Below are positions 19,162 through 28,110 of a stretch of 32,000 nucleotides of DNA, piece by piece. The stretch's first letter is position 1. The number at the start of each line of letters is the position of its first letter. The stretch is from Flavobacteriaceae bacterium (GTDB taxonomy: Bacteria > Bacteroidota > Bacteroidia > Flavobacteriales > Flavobacteriaceae), in the NCBI GenBank assembly GCA_965224465.1, contig OZ245049.1, forward strand, positions 1,260,001 through 1,292,000, written 5' to 3'. The notes under the pieces are model-generated. The model worked only from the letters and a program-made list of their open reading frames with translations, did no database searches and had not been told where the DNA came from. A program made the translations under genes and the position numbers.

Positions 19162-20853
19162 ATGAAAAAATCACTACTACTAATCTGTTTTATCTCCCTA
19201 TTTATTCAATGTAAATTTTCTCCAGAAAAAACACCTACGATGGGGGTTTTGGCAAAAAACGGAATGATTGTAAGTGCACGCGAAGAAGCTTCTAGTATCG
19301 GAATCGCTATTTTACAACAAGGAGGAAATGCTTTTGACGCTATGATTGCTACAGATTTAGCCTTAGCAGTCGCATATCCTAGAGCAGGAAATATAGGCGG
19401 AGGTGGTTTTATGGTCTATCGCACTTCCGATGGGAAAACTGGCGCTTTGGATTATAGAGAAAAAGCACCTTTAGCAGCCTATAGCACCATGTACTTAGAT
19501 AGCATCGGAAATATTAAGCCTGGAAAAAGTTTACTTGGAGCACAAGCCATTGGTGTACCCGGTACTATTGCTGGACTTTTTGCAGTACATCAAAAATTTG
19601 GTAAACTTCCATTTAGTACATTAATCCAACCAGCCATAGACATGGCAAACAAAGGGATTATTATCACACAAAAACAAGCAAAAAACATTCAAAATAAACA
19701 AGGTGACTTTATCAAAGCCAATAAAGACACCATCTATTTTAACAAAGATTGGAAAACTGGAGACACCCTAAGACTCAAAAAGCTGGCACACACACTAGAG
19801 CGCATTAGAGATTACGGAAGAGATGGGTTTTACAAAGGAGAAACCGCCAAACAAATTGTAAAAACAATCCAAGATTTAGGAGGAATCATTACAATGGAAG
19901 ACCTCGATAAATACCGTGCTAAGTGGAGAACTCCAATTACTTTCAACTACAAAGATTTGACCATAACTTCTATGACATTACCTTCTAGCGGAGGAATTTG
20001 CATGGCACAAATATTAAAATCTATAGCACCTTATAACCTTGCTGAAATCCCACATAATTCCGAAAAATACGTTCAACTTATCACAGAAGCAGCACGAAGA
20101 GCCTATGCAGATCGCGCTCACTTTTTAGGCGATATCGATTTTGTAAATGTCCCAATAGATAGTTTAACAAACCCTTTATACCTCAAAAAACGAATGTCTA
20201 GCTTCTCGTGGGATAAAGCTTCCAATTCTAAGGATATTTCACATGGAAACATTACGGGATACGAAAGTACCGAAACCACCCACTACTCGATCGTAGATTC
20301 AGAAGGAAATGCCGTTGCTGTAACCACAACGTTAAACATGAATTTTGGATCTAAAGTTTTCGTAAAAGACGGAGGTTTCTTCTTAAACAACGAAATGGAT
20401 GACTTTAGCTCAAAACCTGGAACAGCAAATGTATTTGGACTTATGGGTGCAAAAGCAAATGAAATTCAACCAGAAAAAAGAATGTTAAGCTCCATGACTC
20501 CCACTATTGTAGAAAAAAACGGAAAATTATTTATGGTTCTTGGTTCTCCAGGAGGTTCTGCTATTATCACCTCGGTGTTGCAAAACATCTTAAATGTGTA
20601 CGAATACGGGATGAACATGCAGGAATCTGTAGCCACTCCCCGCTTCCATCACCAATGGCTCCCAGACATCATACAAATGGAACCCAAGGGATTCGACACA
20701 AAAACAAAACAAATACTCACAAAAAAAGGATATCATCTCTCAGAAAAAAAATCAACAATTATCGGAAAAGTAGATGCCATACTAGTACTGTCTAACGGTC
20801 TACTAGAAGGCGGTGCAGATCCAAGAGGAGATGATAACGCAAAAGGATACTAA
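19162..20853 (+). CDS. ggt: Gamma-glutamyltransferase, secreted or lipoprotein form
   Basis: Signal peptide MKKSLLLICFISLFIQC, plus the autoprocessing and nucleophile region ETTHYSIVD and GSPGGS. The ATG at 19162 is preferred over the TTG at 19153, which overlaps the acpH stop. Confidence 0.93.
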   Translation: MKKSLLLICFISLFIQCKFSPEKTPTMGVLAKNGMIVSAREEASSIGIAILQQGGNAFDAMIATDLALAVAYPRAGNIGGGGFMVYRTSDGKTGALDYREKAPLAAYSTMYLDSIGNIKPGKSLLGAQAIGVPGTIAGLFAVHQKFGKLPFSTLIQPAIDMANKGIIITQKQAKNIQNKQGDFIKANKDTIYFNKDWKTGDTLRLKKLAHTLERIRDYGRDGFYKGETAKQIVKTIQDLGGIITMEDLDKYRAKWRTPITFNYKDLTITSMTLPSSGGICMAQILKSIAPYNLAEIPHNSEKYVQLITEAARRAYADRAHFLGDIDFVNVPIDSLTNPLYLKKRMSSFSWDKASNSKDISHGNITGYESTETTHYSIVDSEGNAVAVTTTLNMNFGSKVFVKDGGFFLNNEMDDFSSKPGTANVFGLMGAKANEIQPEKRMLSSMTPTIVEKNGKLFMVLGSPGGSAIITSVLQNILNVYEYGMNMQESVATPRFHHQWLPDIIQMEPKGFDTKTKQILTKKGYHLSEKKSTIIGKVDAILVLSNGLLEGGADPRGDDNAKGY

Positions 20854-20862
20854 AACAAATTT

Positions 20863-21945
20863 ATGACATCAAAAATAATCACCAACGGAATTTTAAGAGC
20901 CATCACTATGTTAACAGGGATTGCTTTATTACTCCTATTTTTATTTAAAATACAATCGGTACTCATGTACCTTATAATTGCATCCGTAATATCATTGATT
21001 GCAAGACCACTAATTCGTTTTTTTAAGCAACGCCTAAAATTCCCAAATACCTTAGCCGTATTTGTTTCAATGTTTTTATTTATTTGTATTATTTTAGGAT
21101 TGATAGGCATGTTTATTCCTTTAATTGCAAAACAAGGAGAAAATTTATCCCTCTTAAACTCAGAACAATTTAAACGCAATGTAGAAGATGTAATTCAACA
21201 AGTAAATCAGTATTTCATCTCCAAAAACGTAAACCTACTTAGCAAACTTAAAGACTTAGATTTAATGTCTAACTTTAAAGAGATCCCCAATTTCCTGAAT
21301 GCCCTTATTGGAACTTTAGGATCCATAACCATTGGATTATTTTCCGTGTTATTTATTTCGTTTTTTCTAATGAAAGACAATTTGATGCTACACAATGCGG
21401 TATTCACATTAATCCCAGATAAAAACGAATCACGTTTCAATAAATCTTTCGACACTATCAAAGACTTATTGTCTCGGTATTTTATAGGCTTGATAATCCA
21501 AATAACCATCCTTTTTGTAATCTATACAATTATACTTTCCATATTCGGAATTGAACATGCCATTGTCATCGCTTTTTTATGTGCATTACTCAATTTAATA
21601 CCATATATAGGTCCATTAATAGGTGGTGTTATTATGTTTGTATTAACCATGACATCAAACTTAGGACTGGATTTCCAAACAGAAATCCTCCCTACTACTA
21701 TGAAAGTAATGTTCGGATATTTAATAGCACAAATGATAGATAACTTCATAAGCCAGCCTGTCATATTTTCTAAAAGCGTAAAATCACATCCATTAGAAAT
21801 ATTTTTAGTAATAATGATAGGAGGACTTTTGTTCGGAATTATCGGAATGGTAGTCGCTGTTCCAACCTATACCGCTACCAAAGTAATCCTAAAAGAATTC
21901 TTAACAGATAATAAAATAGTACAATCATTAACTAAGAATTTATAG
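20863..21945 (+). CDS. AI-2E family transporter (PerM/UPF0118)
   Basis: 360-aa protein with about 8 TM segments and typical family features (LNLIPYIGPLIGG ... QPVIFS). Confidence 0.85.
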   Translation: MTSKIITNGILRAITMLTGIALLLLFLFKIQSVLMYLIIASVISLIARPLIRFFKQRLKFPNTLAVFVSMFLFICIILGLIGMFIPLIAKQGENLSLLNSEQFKRNVEDVIQQVNQYFISKNVNLLSKLKDLDLMSNFKEIPNFLNALIGTLGSITIGLFSVLFISFFLMKDNLMLHNAVFTLIPDKNESRFNKSFDTIKDLLSRYFIGLIIQITILFVIYTIILSIFGIEHAIVIAFLCALLNLIPYIGPLIGGVIMFVLTMTSNLGLDFQTEILPTTMKVMFGYLIAQMIDNFISQPVIFSKSVKSHPLEIFLVIMIGGLLFGIIGMVVAVPTYTATKVILKEFLTDNKIVQSLTKNL

Positions 21946-21947
21946 TT

Positions 21948-23123
21948 TTGAATACATCCTTACTTAATACTACCATTCAAAAATTCATCACAAAGCATAT
22001 AAACAGCAATATAACATCCCTGATTTTAAAAGGAAGTCCTTTTCCGGAAGTGACTATACAGGAGGTTTGCGAACAAATTGAAGCAAAAAAAAGATGTCAA
22101 ACCAAACTGAGTTTGTGGTTTGACACAGCCAATATTTATTACCCAAATAGATTAAACATAGAACAAACTTCCTCAGAAATTACCGCCAATTACAAAAGTA
22201 AACTCGTAAGCGGAAACACCCTTGTAGACACCACAGGAGGTTTTGGCGTAGATACCTACTATTTTTCTAAAGTAATCAAAAAAGTAACCCACTGTGAATT
22301 AGACAGTAAACTATCTAGCCTTGTAAAACACAATTACACTCAGTTAAAAAAAACCAATATTCAATGCATACAAACCAATGGTATCGCATTCATAATCAAC
22401 AATAAGAACCATTACAACTGGATATATAGCGACCCTTCCCGTAGAAACGACTTAAAAGGAAAAGTGTTTTTATTGGAAGACTGCCTACCTAACATTCCTA
22501 AACACCTAGAGGGGTTGTTTGAAAAATCAGACAATATCTTATTAAAGATTTCACCAATCTTAGACATCACAAGTGCCATTAGAGAATTACATTTTGTAAA
22601 AGAAATACATATCGTAGCTATTCAAAATGAAGTCAAAGAACTTTTATTCATCTTAGAAAAAGGACATACAAAGGAGGTCAAGCTAGTCACAATTAACATT
22701 ACAAAAACAGAAGAACAACACTTTCAATTTACCTACCAATCAAAAACACAAGCTTTGTATGGAGAACCTAAAACCTACCTTTTTGAGCCGAACAGTGCTA
22801 TTCTCAAATCTGGAGGCTTTAACAATATCTCCGCTAGATTTAAAATAGCAAAACTTCATCAACATTCTCATTTGTACACTTCAGAAGAATTGATTGATTT
22901 TCCTGGAAGACGTTTTAGAATTCTATCTCAAACAACCTACCATCGTAAAAAATTACACGCCCTTATCCCCAATAAAAAAGCGAATATCACTACGAGAAAT
23001 TTCCCTGAAACAGTAGCCCAAATCAGAAAAAAAACAGGTTTAAAAGATGGAGGCGATACATACTTGTTCTTTACAACAAACATTAAAAACCAGCGCATCG
23101 TTCTTATTTGTACTAAAATTTAA
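21948..23123 (+). CDS. Class I SAM-dependent methyltransferase with C-terminal THUMP-like extension
   Basis: 391-aa ORF with a TTG start 2 nt after the upstream stop and a SAM-binding motif (LVDTTGGFGVDTYYFS). It is the common Bacteroidota domain arrangement. The substrate is unknown. Confidence 0.7.
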   Translation: MNTSLLNTTIQKFITKHINSNITSLILKGSPFPEVTIQEVCEQIEAKKRCQTKLSLWFDTANIYYPNRLNIEQTSSEITANYKSKLVSGNTLVDTTGGFGVDTYYFSKVIKKVTHCELDSKLSSLVKHNYTQLKKTNIQCIQTNGIAFIINNKNHYNWIYSDPSRRNDLKGKVFLLEDCLPNIPKHLEGLFEKSDNILLKISPILDITSAIRELHFVKEIHIVAIQNEVKELLFILEKGHTKEVKLVTINITKTEEQHFQFTYQSKTQALYGEPKTYLFEPNSAILKSGGFNNISARFKIAKLHQHSHLYTSEELIDFPGRRFRILSQTTYHRKKLHALIPNKKANITTRNFPETVAQIRKKTGLKDGGDTYLFFTTNIKNQRIVLICTKI

Positions 23124-23161
23124 GACCCTACAATAAAATAAGATGGTACAGAACACACCAT

Positions 23162-23202
23162 ATACCAAATACATTTCCAAGTGATGGTTTAGAAATGGAA
23201 TT
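23162..23202 (+). repeat. Intergenic A-motif, copy A3
   Basis: The 23164-23196 core differs from A2 and A4 by one C-to-T change. It lies 39 nt after the methyltransferase stop and is followed by a 7-T run, so it may act as that gene's terminator. Confidence 0.8.
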
Positions 23203-23204
23203 AT

Positions 23205-23321
23205 TTTTTTGTTTTAGCGATGCGAAAAATCACAGGATAGCCTTAATTATCTTTCTATTTTTCAACAACGCTAGAACGTAAAATAAACTATTTACATCGG
23301 TAATTTTGGATTGTAATTGGT
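23205..23321 (-). repeat. 117-nt intergenic repeat, copy B2 (inverted relative to 637-753)
   Basis: See B1. It directly abuts A3. Its far end (TTTGGATTGTAATTGGT) is an imperfect inverted copy (13/17) of the start of A3 (ACCAAATACATTTCCAA). Confidence 0.7.
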
Positions 23322-24121
23322 GTAAATCCCAGTACTATCTTCTCGCTCCCAGATAAAAATAGCCTTTTTTTTGAAATTTCCTTACACGAACACCACTTTT
23401 TAAGATATTCTGCACCTCTTAAAAAGACATCAAACAACAGAATTTATAGACAGTTGTTTTAAAACAGCGTTCGCAAGAATTTCATAACAAACACGTGGAA
23501 CAACAACAACAATCTCAAAGCAGCGAATCAGCAAGAAAACCCAATTAATTCACTCTTTTCAACTCCGTCTACAAATTACCAAATACTTGCTAGAACAATA
23601 CGTTTATACATCTAAACAAGTATCTAAAAAATAACTATCAAAAAAATGAACATACCTTAAGTTCAAAAACCCTTCCTTACACAGTACTCTTAGTTACCAA
23701 ATCTACGTTCTCAAACAGTCGCTTTTAACGCCCTCCAACACACGTAAATGCATACACGAACATTTCTGTATTTAATAAATATTGGGATGAAATACAACAT
23801 AGATAAATTATAAAAATTCACAATCAGTCATCAAAAACACAGTCAAAAACAATATAAATAAATTACATTTGCGCGACGAGGACTCCTGTAACACCTCTTT
23901 TTATAAAAAAACATTGCTTTAAAAATGCCACAGGAACTTCGAGAACATATTATTTAGTCTATTTTAGATAATTTTATTTAAAATAGACCAAATACAACAC
24001 TTTGAAATACAGGTGTTTAATTTATTTTTTAAAATTAAAAAAATAAACATGGATAATCTATGCCTTATTTTGAATAAAAGGTTTATCTTTGGTACTCTTA
24101 CTAATCATAAATTATAAAATA

Positions 24122-24256
24122 ATGAAAAAAGTTAAATTAATGTTCGCATTGCTCGTAGTCGCCTTATTTGTATCAACTGTTGTTTTAAGTGTTAATACCG
24201 ATAATAATCAAGCAATTAAAAAAGCTGATTTGATCATACTTCCAAGTAACGGATAG
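24122..24256 (+). CDS. Unannotated 44-codon ORF encoding a small signal-peptide or membrane-anchored peptide
   Basis: Manual translation gives MKKVKLMFALLVVALFVSTVVLSVNTDNNQAIKKADLIILPSNG*. A TATCTTTG (TAnnTTTG) box sits at 24084-24091, 30 nt upstream. A strong terminator follows at 24279-24324. There is no homology evidence. Confidence 0.4.
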   Translation: MKKVKLMFALLVVALFVSTVVLSVNTDNNQAIKKADLIILPSNG

Positions 24257-24278
24257 TCAAAAAGATATAATTCATACA

Positions 24279-24324
24279 TAGATTACAGCATAAAAAAATA
24301 TTTTCTGTTGTAATCTATTTTTTT
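24279..24324 (+). terminator. Intrinsic terminator after the 44-codon ORF
   Basis: 12-bp stem TAGATTACAGCA / TGTTGTAATCTA with one G-U pair and an A/T-rich loop, followed by a 7-T run. Confidence 0.7.
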
Positions 24325-24337
24325 GTACGTATTTTTG
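24307..24337 (+). promoter_or_regulatory. Promoter candidate for the 159-aa membrane protein gene
   Basis: GTTG (24307-24310), a 19-nt spacer, then TATTTTTG (24330-24337), 40 nt upstream of the ATG. It overlaps the descending arm of the preceding terminator. Confidence 0.4.
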
Positions 24338-24377
24338 TTTCTAATAAGTCCCTACTTAGAGAAAAACGATAGCTACA

Positions 24378-24857
24378 ATGACAAAAATAAAGCAATTATT
24401 CAAAATTGAAACTAGTAAAAAAACTATATTCTTCTCAAGTTCTATCATTTTATCCATAATATTATGTCCATATCTTTTGTACATTTATCAATATTTCCCC
24501 TCAACAAAAATATGGCATTCTCCATTTGGAACTATTGAAATTAACTTTTACCAAAGTGTCCAGCACTTCGCTTATTTTTTATTTGGAAAAGCAGTACCAT
24601 TACTTCTGATGTTTATCTGGTTTATTACCAACAAAAACTGGTGGTATCATGTAATCATAATACCTATTTCTGTATATATGTTTCAATTAATAAGTGTTAT
24701 TAATGACAGTATTTCCGTTGTTGATGAAATGGAATTCATTTATACAGTTCCCATTACAACCATCATCATTACAATTCTTTATTTTATAAGGGGACAATTA
24801 GTCGTTTACTTAGAAGCCATGGACTTAAAAAAAGAGATGGAAAAAAACTTTAAGTAA
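24378..24857 (+). CDS. Hypothetical 4-TM membrane protein
   Basis: 159-aa ORF with four hydrophobic segments at roughly aa 17-37, 62-83, 88-108 and 120-140. I recognise no family. Confidence 0.6.
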   Translation: MTKIKQLFKIETSKKTIFFSSSIILSIILCPYLLYIYQYFPSTKIWHSPFGTIEINFYQSVQHFAYFLFGKAVPLLLMFIWFITNKNWWYHVIIIPISVYMFQLISVINDSISVVDEMEFIYTVPITTIIITILYFIRGQLVVYLEAMDLKKEMEKNFK

Positions 24858-25056
24858 TTCTTGTTTTAAGAAATACAAAGCAAGTAGCACTCATCCTCCC
24901 TATTGGTTTTTAACTAAATTTCACAGTTCTTTTAAGAAAAAGAAAACACGTAAATATTCTTGTACATCAATACCTATCAAAGAAAGGTTCTCTTAATTTA
25001 AAATGGATTGGCTCCGCAAGTATAAAGGCGAGCGGAATTTTCAAACAACTGACATA

Positions 25057-25097
25057 CTACCAAATACATTTCCAAGTGACGGTTTAGAAATAGAATT
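25057..25097 (+). repeat. Intergenic A-motif, copy A4
   Basis: The 25059-25091 core is identical to 11272-11304. It is followed by a T-rich tract (ATTATTTTTTG). Confidence 0.8.
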
Positions 25098-25333
25098 ATT
25101 TTTTGTTAAAAACAAAAAAAAAACAGCTTTCCAGAACAAACGTTATGCGAAGCTATTTTAGATTTTATCTTGTAAAAACAATTCAATCTAGCGATGCGAT
25201 ACTCCAACAAATGGGTATAATACCAAGTCTCCTAGCAGTCAATACCCCCGAGGAAAGTCACGAGGCATAAAAAAGAAAAAAACTTAATCATTTTAATGCA
25301 AGCATCGGTGAATTAAACCCACTGGTGGGATTT

Positions 25334-25341
25334 AAAAAAAC
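25334..25341. repeat. Left 8-bp target-site duplication of the IS element (AAAAAAAC)
   Basis: The identical octamer AAAAAAAC immediately flanks both inverted repeats (25334-25341 and 26757-26764). It is low-complexity, so chance is not fully excluded. Confidence 0.6.
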
Positions 25342-26756
25342 GGGACTGTAAACTCAACTCTGTCTGAATAAAAAAAAGTATTAACTTTATTCAAACAGAA
25401 AACATGACAAAAGACGAGTTAGCCAACATTGAAAAAAAGGCATTGGATCAATTATTATCAGGAAAAAGTTTATTCGGAAAAGAAGGTGCCTTTGCTCCTT
25501 TAATGAAACAATTTCTTGAGAAAGCATTGGAAGCAGAAATGGAATCACACCTTAGTGAAGAGGAACGTTCTAAAGGGAATAAACGTAATGGAAAGGGCAA
25601 AAAGACTGTTAAAACTAGTATTGGTAGTTTTGAAATAAGCACGCCAGCGGATAGAAATAGTAGTTTCGAGCCTGTTCTGATAAAAAAGCGTCAAACCATT
25701 TTAGCAGATAATTTATCAGATAAGATCATTGGATTATACGGCCTAGGAATGAGCTTACGCGATATTTCTGGTCATATAAAAGAGATGTATGATACAGATA
25801 TATCACACACTGTTTTAAGTCAAATTACAGATAAGATCATACCAGATATAAAACAATGGCAAAGTCGTCCAATAGAACAGATGTACTGCATTGTTTGGCT
25901 TGACGCTATGCATTACAAGGTAAAAGTAGACGGTAAAATACAACACAAAGCACTTTACAATGTTTTAGGAGTAAATAAAGAAGGGATCAAAGAGGTTTTA
26001 GGAATGTATATTTCAGAAAGTGAAGGCGCAATTTTTTGGCTTCAAGTATTGACAGACCTTAATAACAGAGGGCTTAAGGATATCCTAATTGCCTGTACAG
26101 ACAACTTAAAAGGGTTTTCAGAAGCTATCTTGAGTGTATTTCCTAAAACACAAATTCAAAAGTGTATTGTTCATCAAATTCGTAATTCTTTAAAGTATAT
26201 AGCTTCCAAAGACCAAAAAGAATTTATTCGAGATTTAAAGCTTGTTTACAAGGCTGTTAATAAGGATATTGCTGAGTTGGAGTTATTGAAATTAGAAGAA
26301 AAATGGGGAGAAAAATACCCTGTAGTTTTAGAAAGTTGGAACCGTAATTGGGAAGAGTTATCTCAGTTTTTTCAGTATACAGAACCTATCAGAAAAATAA
26401 TTTACACAACAAATGCAGTAGAAGGTTTTCATAGACAGGTAAGAAAAGTAACTAAAACAAAAGGGGCTTTTACCAGTGATATGGCACTATTAAAGCTTGT
26501 TTACTTAGCAACAAAAAATATCGAAAAAAAATGGACAAACCCTTTACATAATTGGTGCTTGACAATTCAACAATTATATATTAAATTTGAAGATCGAATA
26601 ACGTTGGATTTACATAAAAACGGAAGCAATTCGTGACGCTAGCCGCTGGGGCTCATTTTAAAATAGTTCGATTTTTAAAGCAGCCTTATGAAGAGAAAAT
26701 CGAACTATTTTAAAACGTAGAAAAAAACAAGCAGACAGAGTTTAAATTACACAACC
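25342..26756 (+). mobile_element. IS256-family insertion sequence, about 1415 bp, apparently intact
   Basis: Imperfect terminal inverted repeats GGGACTGTAAACTCAACTCTGTCTG (25342-25366) and CAGACAGAGTTTAAATTACACAACC (26732-26756) match at 19/25, with the inner 11 nt perfect. They enclose a single Mutator/IS256-type transposase gene. Confidence 0.8.
25404..26636 (+). CDS. IS256-family (Mutator-type) transposase
   Basis: 410-aa ORF with full-length family similarity (LSGKSLFGKEGAFAPLMKQFLE ... VWLDAMHYKV ... IACTDNLKGF ... CIVHQIRNS ... YTTNAVEGFHRQVRK). Confidence 0.95.
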   Translation: MTKDELANIEKKALDQLLSGKSLFGKEGAFAPLMKQFLEKALEAEMESHLSEEERSKGNKRNGKGKKTVKTSIGSFEISTPADRNSSFEPVLIKKRQTILADNLSDKIIGLYGLGMSLRDISGHIKEMYDTDISHTVLSQITDKIIPDIKQWQSRPIEQMYCIVWLDAMHYKVKVDGKIQHKALYNVLGVNKEGIKEVLGMYISESEGAIFWLQVLTDLNNRGLKDILIACTDNLKGFSEAILSVFPKTQIQKCIVHQIRNSLKYIASKDQKEFIRDLKLVYKAVNKDIAELELLKLEEKWGEKYPVVLESWNRNWEELSQFFQYTEPIRKIIYTTNAVEGFHRQVRKVTKTKGAFTSDMALLKLVYLATKNIEKKWTNPLHNWCLTIQQLYIKFEDRITLDLHKNGSNS

Positions 26757-26764
26757 AAAAAAAC
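26757..26764. repeat. Right 8-bp target-site duplication (AAAAAAAC)
   Basis: See the left copy at 25334-25341. Confidence 0.6.
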
Positions 26765-26793
26765 TGAGAAACTCACTTGATATAAGAACAAAT

Positions 26794-26830
26794 AAAAAGG
26801 ATGCAATTTTAAAAATCACATCCTTTTTTT
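26794..26830. terminator. Bidirectional terminator-like hairpin downstream of the DUF4861 gene
   Basis: AAAAAGGATG, a 15-nt loop, then CATCCTTTTT, with A-run and T-run flanks. It lies about 90 nt past the stop at 26919 on the minus strand. Confidence 0.55.
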
Positions 26831-26918
26831 AATTTATTCGTACAAATACACTTTATGCATACAAGACACCCCTCGTCTATTTTTATTTTCTAAACAGATG
26901 TCTGGCAACTTGTTGGTG

Positions 26919-28085
26919 TTATTTTATATGTATTACTAATGGACTATTTACTTTTTCTGCAAAGAGATTCAAATACTCCTCCCAAGCAGATTTAGTAGTA
27001 AACTGTCCACTTTTTTTCCATCCAAATCCTGAATAATACACCACTTTTTGATCTATTACATTCAAATGAGCATAAGCATTACTTAAATCCTTTATCTCAG
27101 AATCAAATGTTTCCGAACCAGAAAAATAACGTTTAGAAGCAACAATAGCAGTCCCTAATTCAGAATCTGCATGCGGCTGCCAATAACTCAACCAAGAAGG
27201 ATTACTGGTAACTTCCCCATCCTTTTCATGCAAAGTAAGCCCAGCCGAAATTTGAGACACGCCTTTAATAGTAGTTACAAAGCGCGTAAAATTTGAACCT
27301 TTATCAAGATTAATAATTTTAGATTCTTCAACAACAACACCATTGGCATCCCAATTTTCATATTTTAAATAAAAACTAGTTCTCAACGCCCCAGTAGTGA
27401 TGGTTTTCCATTCCGTAAAATTCTTAGAAAAATAATAGTTTCCATCGCTTTTTACTGCAATTCCTCCTACACCTCTACTAACACCTACATGAAAATTATC
27501 TAACCCCTCACCAGTATCTTCGTGATAGGTACCCACACCATCTGTAAACTCCTTATACCATTTATCAATAATCGGATAATCTACACGTTTCAACCATGCA
27601 TCAACACCACTAGACAATGTACCACCAGGAATAGAATCTTCTATCATTTTCTGAGCAGTAGGCCCATACACACGGAAAGCTACTTTATCGTTCTCCCAAG
27701 TATAATCATCCGTACGTTCAGGAACAAACCTAGAAAAGCACACCAAATCAGGACTCACTTTTTCTGTTTCAGAAAGCATGATTACCTCATACTCAGATAC
27801 TGAATTAGCAGCAACAACTGGTTGAAAAATAAGTTGATCCATAATTCCGTCACCATCCAAATCGACACATTGAGTTACTAAAAGCTCTTTTGTCTCAATA
27901 TTTTTAATACCGACCAAATTAAGATTCTCTACTTTTAATTCTTTTGCTGTCAATTCCACCATTTCAAATGTTCTTTTTACATTCAAATTATTTTTGACAA
28001 CAATTACAGTAGGATTCTTTTTTTCTGAACAAGCACTTAACAAAAGACTTGTCAGCAGCACTAAACTTAAAATACGTGTTTTCAT
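26919..28085 (-). CDS. DUF4861-family lipoprotein (pectin/hexuronate-locus associated)
   Basis: 388-aa ORF with a lipoprotein signal (LLLSAC). Its position downstream of kduI and the SDR matches where DUF4861 genes usually sit in Bacteroidota. The family call is from recall of context and motifs (VAFRVYGP, DNFHVG). Confidence 0.65.
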   Translation of the reverse strand: MKTRILSLVLLTSLLLSACSEKKNPTVIVVKNNLNVKRTFEMVELTAKELKVENLNLVGIKNIETKELLVTQCVDLDGDGIMDQLIFQPVVAANSVSEYEVIMLSETEKVSPDLVCFSRFVPERTDDYTWENDKVAFRVYGPTAQKMIEDSIPGGTLSSGVDAWLKRVDYPIIDKWYKEFTDGVGTYHEDTGEGLDNFHVGVSRGVGGIAVKSDGNYYFSKNFTEWKTITTGALRTSFYLKYENWDANGVVVEESKIINLDKGSNFTRFVTTIKGVSQISAGLTLHEKDGEVTSNPSWLSYWQPHADSELGTAIVASKRYFSGSETFDSEIKDLSNAYAHLNVIDQKVVYYSGFGWKKSGQFTTKSAWEEYLNLFAEKVNSPLVIHIK

Positions 28086-28110
28086 AATTTAAATATTTCC
28101 AAAATACAGC

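Noticed and set aside
23871-23935. GC-rich patch (GCGCGACGAGGACTCCTGTAACACCTC ... CCACAGGAACTTCGAG) as a small structured RNA or tRNA fragment.
   Set aside because: I could find only a 6-bp TCCTGT/ACAGGA pairing across a ~45-nt AT loop, with no cloverleaf or known motif. This is too weak to call, so I folded it into the spacer finding.
10468-25097. The four A-motif copies as a CRISPR array or as integron attC sites.
   Set aside because: The copies are 0.8-12 kb apart and separated by housekeeping genes, so they do not form an array. No cas genes or intI integrase are present, and the motif lacks the RYYYAAC/GTTRRRY attC core sites.
25100-25341. The region between A4 and the IS as a full third copy of the 117-nt B element.
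   Set aside because: Only the 11-mer TAGCGATGCGA and short scattered words match, so it is at best a highly degenerate relative.
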